Origin: Saccharofermentans sp.
GTDB taxonomy: Bacteria; Bacillota; Clostridia; Saccharofermentanales; Saccharofermentanaceae
Assembly (NCBI GenBank): GCA_024403795.1
Contig: JAKSRD010000006.1
Span: 12,589 to 76,588 of the forward strand
Reading direction: 5' to 3'
Length of the DNA: 64,000 bases
The position numbers were made by a program, and so were the translations under genes. Numbering within the stretch: the stretch's first letter is position 1; each line of letters starts with the position of its first letter. The notes below the pieces were generated by a model that was not told the DNA's origin, ran no database searches, and saw only the letters and a list, made by a program, of their open reading frames with translations. Below are positions 1 through 9,658 of the stretch, in pieces.

Positions 1-438
1 TTTGATGTGCCTGTTGTTGAGGAAGGTATCGGAAGTTCAAATTCGGAGATAATCAATTTCCTGGTTCAGGATATCATCGAGAACAGTATCGACAAGGATT
101 GTATCATGATGAGTGACCGTGCCGGAGATGCATTGGAACATACACTGAATGAGAATGTTGCCAAGATCTATACGGCCGGAAAGGTCAAGACATATGAGAA
201 ATACTGCGAGGTTGTGATCGAGGGTATTTTCGATGCGTTCTATCAAGCAGTTTTGAATCTTGATAAGGCGGCAGATTCGCAGTCATCTGCAATCAGGAAG
301 TTTGCAGAGTTCGTAACAAGCCATCCGGAATATAAGGCCGGGATCGATACACCGCTTCCGATCTATGTATCTGACTATATTGCCGGAATGACTGATTCTT
401 ACGCTGTCAGATGCTTTAACGATATGTACAAGAGTTAA
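1..438 (+). CDS. dGTP triphosphohydrolase-like HD-domain protein, C-terminal part (5' truncated by window edge)
   Basis: Frame open from base 1; C-terminal VSDYIAGMTDSYA motif typical of dGTPases. Confidence 0.75.
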   Translation, partial: FDVPVVEEGIGSSNSEIINFLVQDIIENSIDKDCIMMSDRAGDALEHTLNENVAKIYTAGKVKTYEKYCEVVIEGIFDAFYQAVLNLDKAADSQSSAIRKFAEFVTSHPEYKAGIDTPLPIYVSDYIAGMTDSYAVRCFNDMYKS

Positions 439-1085
439 TGGAGAAGGATATGGATAATAAGGAAGAATTCGGTTTTTTTGCGATGCTGGACCGCATGCAG
501 TACATCGAGAGATGGGCTCTGATGCGCAACAGCAGAACGGAGAACATCAAGGAACACAGCTTTGACGTGGCGGTTATTGCACATTGTCTTACTGTGCTTC
601 ATAACAACTTTGAGAAGGATACGGATGGCGCGATCCTGCCCGATCCGTATAAAGTTCAGGCGTATGCTCTGTATCACGATTGTACGGAGATACTGACGGG
701 CGACCTTCCGACACCGATAAAGTATCGCAACCAAGAGATTACCAAGGCTTACAAGGAAGTCGAATCGGAGGCTGCTGCCAGCCTCATTGAGCTCTTGCCC
801 GAAGATCCCGAGATGAGAGCAAAGTATCTCGATCTGTTGGCACCGGGCAATGCTACCGAAGAAGAGAAATACATTCACAAGCTTGTTAAGGCTGCAGATA
901 AGATCTCTGCTTACATAAAGTGCCTGAGAGAAGAGAGCAGCGGAAACGCGGAATTCTCAGCGGCAAAAGAATCCACAGGCAGACTCATCCGCGAGATGAA
1001 TATGCCTGAGGCACAGTATTTTATGGACCATTTTGTTCCTTCCTACGGTTACACGTTAGATAGAATAACCGGGAGGGATTCGTAA
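438..1085 (+). CDS. yfbR: 5'-deoxynucleotidase, YfbR-like HD domain
   Basis: RW..MRN...ENIKEHS, YHD..E..TGDLPTPIK, KAADK motifs; TAATG coupling to upstream gene. Confidence 0.85.
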   Translation: MEKDMDNKEEFGFFAMLDRMQYIERWALMRNSRTENIKEHSFDVAVIAHCLTVLHNNFEKDTDGAILPDPYKVQAYALYHDCTEILTGDLPTPIKYRNQEITKAYKEVESEAAASLIELLPEDPEMRAKYLDLLAPGNATEEEKYIHKLVKAADKISAYIKCLREESSGNAEFSAAKESTGRLIREMNMPEAQYFMDHFVPSYGYTLDRITGRDS

Positions 1086-1088
1086 CCT

Positions 1089-3611
1089 ATGTTTGTCAGA
1101 CGTCCCGAGTATTTTGCCATAGCTGCTTTGAGCGGTATTTTCGCGATTGCTGCTACTGTTGCTACGGTATTCAGTCTTGATACCGGCATAACGGAGCCGG
1201 ACAGGAAGTCTCTTAAGAAGGCAGATGACATTGTCGCAAGAGCCGGTGAATTGACCTCAAGTTCAACCGAAGAGATCGACATCGCGAGAAGTCGTGTCGA
1301 AGACGGATTGGTCTCTTGCGGAGATTACGTTATCTCGGTGATGACTTCACCAGATTATCTGCTCAAGGGTGTATCCGACGAGCAGTTTGCGTCTGACCTT
1401 TGCACCGTGGTGTACGGCGAGAAGCGGCAGGATGAAGTGGACACCATCATGGAGTGCCTTAAGGATAATTCCAGGATCGTTGCGATAGACAGAACGCTTG
1501 CTTCGGAGGATAAGGAGCTGAGAGCTTCAGGTAATGCTTCAGGAAAAGGCTCGGTTATCAATAATGTCAGTTTGGCAGGAGATATGAACACCGCCGATCA
1601 GTATACTGTCGGAATAAGATCGACTTACGGTTCTTATTCGGCTAGCGGTGACGAAGTAAGGACCGATTTCTTCGTTGACGGCTCACTTTACTACGGCTAC
1701 ATGAAGTTTGATGAGAATAGTTCTTCGGATCAGCGTGAATTTGTTCTGTCTTGGGACACGGCGGATTGTGTTCCCGGAAAACATGAAGTTTATGCGCTTC
1801 TCAGAAGTTCCGACGGAAGAGGTACGGTTATATCCGGAGGCGAGATCGCCATTCCGGAGAAGGTTACATTAACGCCCGGCGGAGTTGAATACGGTGTTCT
1901 TCCGAGCGGAGAGACCGCTTCCTGGTACATGATCGATTGCGGTGATGATAACTGTTATATAGACTTTGCTGGTCTCTCGGATGATATCAGAGTGTCACTC
2001 TATGATCTGAAGGGTAATCTGATAGGCACGAATGAGAATCCGGGTATTCCTTATGCGATGTTGAGAGGCTTGAAGCAGGATACTGCGGCCGTAACACAGG
2101 AAACGGGGATCTCGAGCATATCGAACTGTTACTATGTCTGCGTAAGCAGAACGGGTTCCGGAAGTGATCTCGATAAGGATATCAGCTATGCGATGATCCA
2201 AGCCAACGAGTGTGCTTATTTTGACGGCAGTTACATGGCGGTCACGGCTGATGACGGAAACGGTAAGGTCAAGCTCACGGACAGTCTCATGAACACTTAT
2301 GAAGTCGACAGGGATAAGGCCGGGATAGTGCCGATCAACGGCTCGTTGTCGATGTTCAATATCTCGGAAGCAGGTACTGACAGCCGAGTCAGGATCTATC
2401 CGGATTTTGAATATAAGACACGTGAGTATTCTTACTATTTAGCTGATTCTAAGAACATCGCGATCAATTGCGTTGCGTTGGAGGGTTATTCGGCAACAGT
2501 AACGATAAGAGCGAACAACAACGGCAATGAGGTCATTCTCGATCAAGGTCAGAGCTTTGAGATACCTTACGGTGAGACGGAGATCACATGTACCGTAACC
2601 GGACTCGGTGACCGTTCTTACGACTATACCTTCTATTTCCTTAACGGAGATGATAACGAGGATTTCTGCGAGAACACACTCTCTAAGTTCCCTGCAAGCT
2701 ATTACAGCGGTTTGTGGCTGGTACATAAGCTCAAGCCGACGTATATCTTTACGCCTTATTACACGAATCTTTCATTCGATTCGGCTTTGGCTGCGGAAGA
2801 CAGCAAGGGAAGAAGCCTTATTCAGAATTCTTCGAATCCGGAATATGTTAAGCCGAACAGCAAAGTCTACGATAAGCCTGACTGGATGGCAGCGAAAACG
2901 GAAGTCGTAAGCTACTATCTCGATCCGCGTAATTTCTTTACTCCGCAGAGGATCTTCACGTTTGAGATGCTTGGATTCGATCCTGAAGTACATACCGTTG
3001 AAGGCGTTAAATCGATCATCAAGGGTTCCTTTATGGATACAAATGATTATGATTATGCGACTGTGATCTATGAAGCAGGTAAGGAAGCGGGAGTTTCTCC
3101 TTATTTCCTTGCGAGCAGGATCATCCAGGAGATGGGATATTCAGGCGAATCTGCATTGTGCAGAGGCGATCTGACCGGATACGAAGGTTATTACAATTAC
3201 TACAATATCGGAGCTTATGCGACTACGGAGCCCGGCGGAGCGGTGATCAACGGTGCAAAATACGCCCAGTGGGGAAGAGATTGGGAGGAACAGGAGATCT
3301 CTGATACAGAAGCCTCGTATCTTCTTCCTTGGACTTCGATCGATAAGGCGATCAAGGGCGGTGCTATCTGGATAGCTTCAGGCTATATCAACAAAGGTCA
3401 GAACACTCTTTATTTCCAGAAGTTTGACGTTCTTGATGACGGAACGGAGAAGTATAATCACCAGTATGCCCAGAATATTCAGATGGCATACTCCGAAGGA
3501 ATGAGATATCACCGTAGTTATGATGCGATCGGTATGACAGATGCAGGTTTTGAATTTATAATTCCTGTATATAACAATATGCCGGATGAGTACGGGAGTT
3601 TGCCCAGATGA
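1089..3611 (+). CDS. Membrane-anchored multidomain peptidoglycan hydrolase with C-terminal GH73 (N-acetylglucosaminidase) domain
   Basis: N-terminal hydrophobic helix; YYLDPRNF, SPYFLASRIIQE, GYYNYYNIGA, GQNTLYFQKF, HQYAQNI motifs; beta-sandwich modules upstream. Confidence 0.8.
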   Translation: MFVRRPEYFAIAALSGIFAIAATVATVFSLDTGITEPDRKSLKKADDIVARAGELTSSSTEEIDIARSRVEDGLVSCGDYVISVMTSPDYLLKGVSDEQFASDLCTVVYGEKRQDEVDTIMECLKDNSRIVAIDRTLASEDKELRASGNASGKGSVINNVSLAGDMNTADQYTVGIRSTYGSYSASGDEVRTDFFVDGSLYYGYMKFDENSSSDQREFVLSWDTADCVPGKHEVYALLRSSDGRGTVISGGEIAIPEKVTLTPGGVEYGVLPSGETASWYMIDCGDDNCYIDFAGLSDDIRVSLYDLKGNLIGTNENPGIPYAMLRGLKQDTAAVTQETGISSISNCYYVCVSRTGSGSDLDKDISYAMIQANECAYFDGSYMAVTADDGNGKVKLTDSLMNTYEVDRDKAGIVPINGSLSMFNISEAGTDSRVRIYPDFEYKTREYSYYLADSKNIAINCVALEGYSATVTIRANNNGNEVILDQGQSFEIPYGETEITCTVTGLGDRSYDYTFYFLNGDDNEDFCENTLSKFPASYYSGLWLVHKLKPTYIFTPYYTNLSFDSALAAEDSKGRSLIQNSSNPEYVKPNSKVYDKPDWMAAKTEVVSYYLDPRNFFTPQRIFTFEMLGFDPEVHTVEGVKSIIKGSFMDTNDYDYATVIYEAGKEAGVSPYFLASRIIQEMGYSGESALCRGDLTGYEGYYNYYNIGAYATTEPGGAVINGAKYAQWGRDWEEQEISDTEASYLLPWTSIDKAIKGGAIWIASGYINKGQNTLYFQKFDVLDDGTEKYNHQYAQNIQMAYSEGMRYHRSYDAIGMTDAGFEFIIPVYNNMPDEYGSLPR

Positions 3612-5089
3612 GACCGTTTTTTGACAGAAGAGCTACTGCGAAGATCGCGCGGATCGTATCAGGGATACTTGCGTGCGTTCTGATAGCCGGCATCTGTCTG
3701 ACTTATCAGGTGAGAAGTAAGGTCAATGCGGATTCGAACATTGAGATCTCCGCTGTTACAAAGCAGACGAACATAGGCCCCGGAGACGTCGTGATAATCG
3801 ATGTCATTGCCAGCAGGATGCCCGGAATCGTTGAATTCGGCCCCGTCATTTTCAATTTTGATTCCGACAAGGCTGATTACTTGTCGATCGAGCAAGGAAG
3901 TCAGTTGACAAATTATGTTTTTACGGAGACTCAGAATGACGGAACGCTTACCATAACCGGAACCGATCAGATGCTGGGAATCAGTTCTGAAGGCGGCGAA
4001 GAAGAGTATTCCGGAGCTTCCTATTATTCTGAAGAGCCGGTGGTCTTGTTTACCATAACGCTTCGCATGTTCCCTGAGAGCTACGGCGAGATCAATTGTT
4101 GGATCAGTGATACCGGTGTGTTCAAATCGTTGGATGAGGAGATCTCCACAAGTATCGGAAGCGGAGTAAAGCTTCCCGTAGGAAGATCAGGGTTGTCGAG
4201 CGATGCGACCATTGCTTCACTCAGAGTCAGCGGAACTGTCATTACACCGGAATTCAATCCTAACATCACCGATTACAGCTGTTCTGTTGAACGTTCCGTG
4301 GAGAAGGTGCAGGTCAATGTTCTGGCAAGCAATCTCTGGGCCGCGGTGATCATTGACGGCAATCAGTATCTTAATATGGGTGATAACGTGATCAGCATTG
4401 ATGTTACCGCACAAGACGGTGTCAGCCACATGCGTTATACGATACATGTCACACGTAAGGAGAGTGACGTTCCTGATAATGCTTCTTTGGTGGATCAGAA
4501 CGGTAATACCTATACCTTCCTGGATGCACCGGAGGATGCTGTCGTTCCGGACGGATTCTATCAGTCCATGAGATATGTAAACGGATATAGTGTTCCCGCA
4601 TATGTTAAGGACGGTGTTACATCTGTTCTGTTATATCTCTTTGACGGTACAAATGATCCGGGATTCTATTTCTATGACAGCGAGGCCAAAACGGTTATCA
4701 TGTATGAACCGGACATTACCATAGTTGAGTCTTCGAAGATCCTTAAGATTGCCGAAGTGCCGCAGGATTTTGACTTGCCGGACGAATTCAAACCGGCAAG
4801 TTATGATACCGGTTCCATGGTCCTCTCAGGTTATCAGAATAAAGACGGAGATTTTATCTGTTACCTTTCAGATGAACACGGCGAAGGGGATTTCTATTAC
4901 TACAACAGGAAAGACGGTTCTATCAGTTTGTACAGATTTGCAGACAAAAAGGCCGAGCTTCTCTACTCTTTCTTGTTTGATGTTTTTCTTGTAATTGCTA
5001 TCATTGAAGCAGTCATTATTATCATTACGGCTTATATAATCAGGAAAATGGTCTCAGAGAGGACCAATCCGAGGCCGAAGAGGGTGTAA
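3608..5089 (+). CDS. Surface protein with cohesin-like and cadherin-like beta-sandwich domains and C-terminal TM anchor
   Basis: Signal/TM at N-terminus; PGDVVIIDV..FNFDSDK (cohesin-like); SSDATIASLRV..ITPEFNPNITDY..VTAQDG (cadherin-like); C-terminal TM plus basic tail; ATGA overlap. Confidence 0.65.
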   Translation: MRPFFDRRATAKIARIVSGILACVLIAGICLTYQVRSKVNADSNIEISAVTKQTNIGPGDVVIIDVIASRMPGIVEFGPVIFNFDSDKADYLSIEQGSQLTNYVFTETQNDGTLTITGTDQMLGISSEGGEEEYSGASYYSEEPVVLFTITLRMFPESYGEINCWISDTGVFKSLDEEISTSIGSGVKLPVGRSGLSSDATIASLRVSGTVITPEFNPNITDYSCSVERSVEKVQVNVLASNLWAAVIIDGNQYLNMGDNVISIDVTAQDGVSHMRYTIHVTRKESDVPDNASLVDQNGNTYTFLDAPEDAVVPDGFYQSMRYVNGYSVPAYVKDGVTSVLLYLFDGTNDPGFYFYDSEAKTVIMYEPDITIVESSKILKIAEVPQDFDLPDEFKPASYDTGSMVLSGYQNKDGDFICYLSDEHGEGDFYYYNRKDGSISLYRFADKKAELLYSFLFDVFLVIAIIEAVIIIITAYIIRKMVSERTNPRPKRV

Positions 5090-5095
5090 CTGTTT

Positions 5096-5689
5096 ATGAA
5101 TATTGTTAAAGCGATCATTTTCGGTGATGAGAGCAGATTCTCTCCCAAGCAGGAAAATTACCGTAAGTTGTTTATGTATCTTGTCAGCGGCGGATTTACT
5201 ACTTTAACGAATTGGGGCGTATATATCCTTGTTGATAAGTTAATGAATACAGATCTGTCGATTACGGTTTTCGGTCTCAGCATTGCGCTCAGCGTTGCGG
5301 TCAAGACTACACTGGGATGGATCTGTTCGGTTCTTGTTGCTTATTTCCTTAACAGGATCACAGTGTTCAGATCAAAGGGAAGTGTTATTCGCGAGCTTAT
5401 TGCTTTCGCAGGTGCGAGGATCATCGTATTCTTTGTTATCGAGCTTGCCGTTTTCTACCTTATGCTTTGGGCATGCGAAGGAATGACGGGTGTTCCCGTA
5501 TCCACGGAACTGTTCTTTATCGGACCTCTGTCGATTACTTATGAGTACATTGTTAAGCTCGCAAATTCGGTCTTCGTTGTCATCGTTAACTACATTATGA
5601 GCAAACTCATGGTATTTAAGAAGAAAGATATGGCCGGATATAAAAAAGACGAAGAATCTTCTTCAAAGGAAGCGCAAGTTAATGCCTAA
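5096..5689 (+). CDS. GtrA family membrane protein (putative lipid-linked sugar flippase)
   Basis: YLVSGGFTTLTNW, AYFLNRITVF, NYIMSKLMVF; 4 TM segments. Confidence 0.8.
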   Translation: MNIVKAIIFGDESRFSPKQENYRKLFMYLVSGGFTTLTNWGVYILVDKLMNTDLSITVFGLSIALSVAVKTTLGWICSVLVAYFLNRITVFRSKGSVIRELIAFAGARIIVFFVIELAVFYLMLWACEGMTGVPVSTELFFIGPLSITYEYIVKLANSVFVVIVNYIMSKLMVFKKKDMAGYKKDEESSSKEAQVNA

Positions 5690-7073
5690 GAGCGAGATGC
5701 CGGATGTTCTGAAAGGTGCTCTTCAGTTTGGGATAAAACCCGGACTTGAGCGCATAAGCGGACTTATGAGTCTCCTTGGAGATCCGCAGGACAGGTTCAG
5801 GTCAGTTCATATCGCCGGTACAAACGGCAAAGGGTCTGTTGCAACTTTTATTTCTTCTATTATGGCAGCAAGCGGCAAAAAGGTCGGAGTATTTACATCA
5901 CCTTATCTAGAACGCTTTACAGAGAGGATCAGGATCATTGACGGTAAGCAGGGACTTATCGGATTGAGTCAGGATGACAGTTATGGCGAGATCGATCAAG
6001 CAAGTCTTGATAAGTATTCCTCACTGGTAGCCGAGGCAAAAGAGAGACTTGTTGCCGAAGGTATAAGCGATGAACCCACCGAATTCGAACTTATTACGGC
6101 CATCGGATTTCTTTACTTTGCCGATCAGAATGTTGATGTGGCAGTCCTGGAGACCGGACTCGGCGGAAGGCTGGATTCGACAAACATAGTCAAGGAGCCG
6201 TTGGTTACCGTTATTACCGCTCTTGGTCTTGATCATTGCGGTGTGCTTGGCAACACCATCTCAGAGATAGCGGGTGAGAAAGCCGGAATATTTAAAGAAG
6301 GCTCGCCTTGCGTATGTTTTGAACCTGATCTCATGATCCTTCCGGAAGAGTTGAAGAAGGATGTCAGAGATGCATTAACGTCCAAAGCACTCGAAAAGAA
6401 TATCGATATCACTTTTGCGGGAAGTCGTGAAGCATTTGACAGTGCAAGATTTACCGTGGACGGCAGAATGGAATTTATCTATGGCGGGGAAGTTTACACT
6501 ACTGCTCTGAACGGTAAGCACCAAGTAGGCAATGCGATTACGGCGATCGAAGCGGCAAGAACTTGTCAGATTCCGGAGAAAGCAATAAAGGAGGGTATCT
6601 CTCTTGCTTCTTGGAAGTGCAGAGCAGAGATACTGAGCATAGAACCGACAGTGATCATTGACGGAGGTCACAATCCGCAGGGTGCGCAGAGCCTGGGCGA
6701 GACGATCAACGTCATGCTCGGAGGAACTCTTCAGGACAGACCGATAAGACTGCTCATGGGCGTTATGGCCGATAAAGATGTAGAGGGGATCCTCAGTGCT
6801 TATAAGGCATGCGGACTTAACATCACGGGCGCAGTAACCGTAAAGCCAATAAACCCCAGAAGTGAACCGGCCGATGTTCTCGCGGAAAAAATCAAACTTG
6901 TGTATAATATCTCCGACGATTTGGAGGTGATCCCGGATGCTGAAGAAGGTACCAGGGTTGCTTATGAGAAGTCTGTCAGAGACGGGAAGGTTCTTCTGGC
7001 AACCGGATCCCTGTATCTTACAGGCCAGATCAGAGCTACGTTGAAAGGATTGATCGAATGCACGACTATCTGA
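5682..7073 (+). CDS. folC: Folylpolyglutamate/dihydrofolate synthase
   Basis: HIAGTNGKGS, FTSPYL, ETGLGGRLDSTN, DGGHNP, TGSLYL. Confidence 0.93.
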   Translation: MPKSEMPDVLKGALQFGIKPGLERISGLMSLLGDPQDRFRSVHIAGTNGKGSVATFISSIMAASGKKVGVFTSPYLERFTERIRIIDGKQGLIGLSQDDSYGEIDQASLDKYSSLVAEAKERLVAEGISDEPTEFELITAIGFLYFADQNVDVAVLETGLGGRLDSTNIVKEPLVTVITALGLDHCGVLGNTISEIAGEKAGIFKEGSPCVCFEPDLMILPEELKKDVRDALTSKALEKNIDITFAGSREAFDSARFTVDGRMEFIYGGEVYTTALNGKHQVGNAITAIEAARTCQIPEKAIKEGISLASWKCRAEILSIEPTVIIDGGHNPQGAQSLGETINVMLGGTLQDRPIRLLMGVMADKDVEGILSAYKACGLNITGAVTVKPINPRSEPADVLAEKIKLVYNISDDLEVIPDAEEGTRVAYEKSVRDGKVLLATGSLYLTGQIRATLKGLIECTTI

Positions 7074-8089
7074 GCTTTTGTATGATGATACAGCCGATAA
7101 ATGAGTCGAGTCTCATTCTTTTTGACGTGAGCAATGAAGAGAAGGCGCGTATCGTCCGTCAGTATAACAGAGCGCTTCAGAACAGCCAGGGTGAAGGAAC
7201 CGATGTCGCACAGATATTCCTTAAGCCCTTGATCTCACAGTACCAGAAATGGGGAGATCCGGCACTGATCTTCGGACTTTGTCTTGCCAGAGAAGGACAG
7301 TTCAAGCGCGCTGAAGGCAGTCTTATGTTCGCGATCCAGGGCGTGCTCGGAACAGAGCAGTATCTGACGATCGCTCAAGAGGCTCTCAGAATGGTCAGAG
7401 AGGACATAAAGAATCCTCCGGCTGACATACCGCCTGCTGATATTGCAGGAAAGCTTAAGAATGCGCAGATGGCCTCAGGTCAGTCTCCGGCATCCAGAGC
7501 TAATTTTCAGGCACCGATCCTGACCAAAGCACAGAAGACCTCTGAGGCACCTCAGATGGCATCGAGCAAGGAAAGAAGAGATATTCTGATGCGTTCCGGC
7601 GGTGTTGCAGATGAACTTCCCGATGATTCCATTGACATAGAAGACATCAAGTCGCCACGTGAGCGGATGAAGGGTCTGATCGTAGCAGGAATCGTTGTTT
7701 TGGCATTGTTGCTGATAACATTGCTTGTCATCCTCGGCATCATTCCGTTGGTAAAACAGATCGAAGCCGGTGCCGATGCTCAAGACAGACTTGAATATAT
7801 CTACGGCGAATTCTACAAGCACAGATACGATCCTGAAGTCGGTGCAATCGTAAGTGAGTATGAATCAAGTTACGGTCCGATCTATTCTTCAGATACCGCG
7901 GCTCAGACACAGGAGGCAGCCGAAGGAGAGACACAATCAAGTGATGTTCAGCCCGAAGATACGACTGTTACAGAAGGGATCGAGACACAGACGGAGACTA
8001 CTCCGGAGGTGTCACTGGTAGACGGAACACAGGCAGATAACGGAAATCCGGCTGAGACAACCTCAGCAGAGACTCAAGGAGAGACATAA
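7058..8089 (+). CDS. Hypothetical single-TM protein (helical/TPR-like N-terminus, acidic T/E/Q-rich C-terminal tail)
   Basis: 343-aa ORF filling the gap between folC and thrC; one strong TM segment near aa 205-230; exact start uncertain. Confidence 0.6.
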   Translation: MHDYLSFCMMIQPINESSLILFDVSNEEKARIVRQYNRALQNSQGEGTDVAQIFLKPLISQYQKWGDPALIFGLCLAREGQFKRAEGSLMFAIQGVLGTEQYLTIAQEALRMVREDIKNPPADIPPADIAGKLKNAQMASGQSPASRANFQAPILTKAQKTSEAPQMASSKERRDILMRSGGVADELPDDSIDIEDIKSPRERMKGLIVAGIVVLALLLITLLVILGIIPLVKQIEAGADAQDRLEYIYGEFYKHRYDPEVGAIVSEYESSYGPIYSSDTAAQTQEAAEGETQSSDVQPEDTTVTEGIETQTETTPEVSLVDGTQADNGNPAETTSAETQGET

Positions 8090-9595
8090 ATGAATTACAT
8101 AAGTACACGTGGATATGAGGGGAAGTTCTCATCAAGCGAAGCCATAAGCCGCGGTATCGCACCTGACGGAGGTCTTTTTGTACCTGAATCAATACCTCAG
8201 CTTACACAGGAAGATCTTGAAGCAATGCAGACAATGGAGTTTTATCAGTTGTCAGCTTTTGTACTTTCAAAGTTCCTTACCGATTTTACGGAAGAAGAGC
8301 TCCTTGATTATACAAGACAGGCTTACGCTGAAGAGAAGTGGGGCGAGAATCCGGTCCCGCTCGTTCAGTTAAATGAATATAATGACAGAGAATTCATGCT
8401 GGAGCTTTGGCATGGACCTACGTGTGCGTTTAAGGATGTGGCACTTCAGCTCCTGCCTCATCTCATGACTGCTGCAGCAAAGAAGACAGGCCTTACAAAG
8501 AAGATCTGCATTCTTACTGCTACTTCCGGTGATACCGGAAAGGCTGCTCTTGAAGGCTTTAAAGATCTTCCGGGAACGGAGATCATCGTATTCTATCCTA
8601 CAGGCGGTGTATCAGAAGCACAAAAGCTTCAGATGGTTACCACAGGCGGCGACAATACACATGTTATCGCAGTTAACGGATGCTTTGACGATGCTCAGAC
8701 CGGAGTTAAGAATATCTTCGGTAATAAAGAATTTGCAGAGCTCTTGGATGCTAACGGAATCACATTGTCATCCGCAAACTCCATCAACTGGGGAAGACTT
8801 GCACCGCAGATCGCATACTATGTATATTCTTATGTAGAGCTTCTGAGAAAAGGTAAGATCGAGCTTACGGAATCCTTTAATATCGTTGTTCCTACAGGAA
8901 ACTTCGGTAATATCCTTGCAGCATGGTTTGCAAAGCAGATGGGCATTCCGGTACACAGACTTATCTGTGCTTCCAACCGCAACAAGGTGTTGTGTGATTT
9001 CTTCTCCGGCGGTGTTTACGATCGTAACAGAGAGTTCTATAAGACAACTTCTCCTTCCATGGATATCCTTATCTCTTCCAATCTTGAGAGACTTCTTTTC
9101 GAGATAACCGGAAAAGATTCAGAGAAGGTCAAGGAGTGGATGAAGGAACTCAATACCGAAGGAAAATACAGCGTTGATAAGGATACGCTGAAGGCTTTGC
9201 AGAGACTGTTCGTCGGCGGATTTGCCGATGAGACCGGCGTATCAAAGACGATCCTGGAAGTATATGACAGAACGGATAACGTGATCGATCCTCATACGGC
9301 CGTAGGCTTCAATATCTACGGAAGATATCATCAGAGATCAGGCGATGAGAGCAAGACGGTATTTGCATCCACCGCAGCGCCGTTCAAGTTTGCTCCTGCA
9401 GTAATGGACTCTTTGAGAGGAATCGGTTATTCCGAAGCTTTATCTACATCCGAGCTTATTACTGAGCTTGCTGAGGAGAGCGGTCTTATGATTCCGCAGT
9501 CGATTGCAGAATTACCGACACTTGAGGTACGACATAAGGACGTAATTGAGAAGGAACAGATGCAGGATAAGGTTCGCGAGATCCTTCTCGGCTGA
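8090..9595 (+). CDS. thrC: Threonine synthase
   Basis: MNYISTRG, HGPTCAFKD (PLP Lys), ATSGDTG, SANSINWGR, VPTGNFGN; SD AGGAG. Confidence 0.95.
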   Translation: MNYISTRGYEGKFSSSEAISRGIAPDGGLFVPESIPQLTQEDLEAMQTMEFYQLSAFVLSKFLTDFTEEELLDYTRQAYAEEKWGENPVPLVQLNEYNDREFMLELWHGPTCAFKDVALQLLPHLMTAAAKKTGLTKKICILTATSGDTGKAALEGFKDLPGTEIIVFYPTGGVSEAQKLQMVTTGGDNTHVIAVNGCFDDAQTGVKNIFGNKEFAELLDANGITLSSANSINWGRLAPQIAYYVYSYVELLRKGKIELTESFNIVVPTGNFGNILAAWFAKQMGIPVHRLICASNRNKVLCDFFSGGVYDRNREFYKTTSPSMDILISSNLERLLFEITGKDSEKVKEWMKELNTEGKYSVDKDTLKALQRLFVGGFADETGVSKTILEVYDRTDNVIDPHTAVGFNIYGRYHQRSGDESKTVFASTAAPFKFAPAVMDSLRGIGYSEALSTSELITELAEESGLMIPQSIAELPTLEVRHKDVIEKEQMQDKVREILLG

Positions 9596-9607
9596 TAGGT
9601 AAATGCT

Positions 9608-9638
9608 AAGGCTTTCTCATAACTTGGGAAAGCCTTTT
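9608..9638 (+). terminator. Probable intrinsic terminator after thrC
   Basis: AAGGCTTTCTCA/TGGGAAAGCCTT stem with short T tail. Confidence 0.55.
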
Positions 9639-9658
9639 CAGACATGACGGGAGTAACA

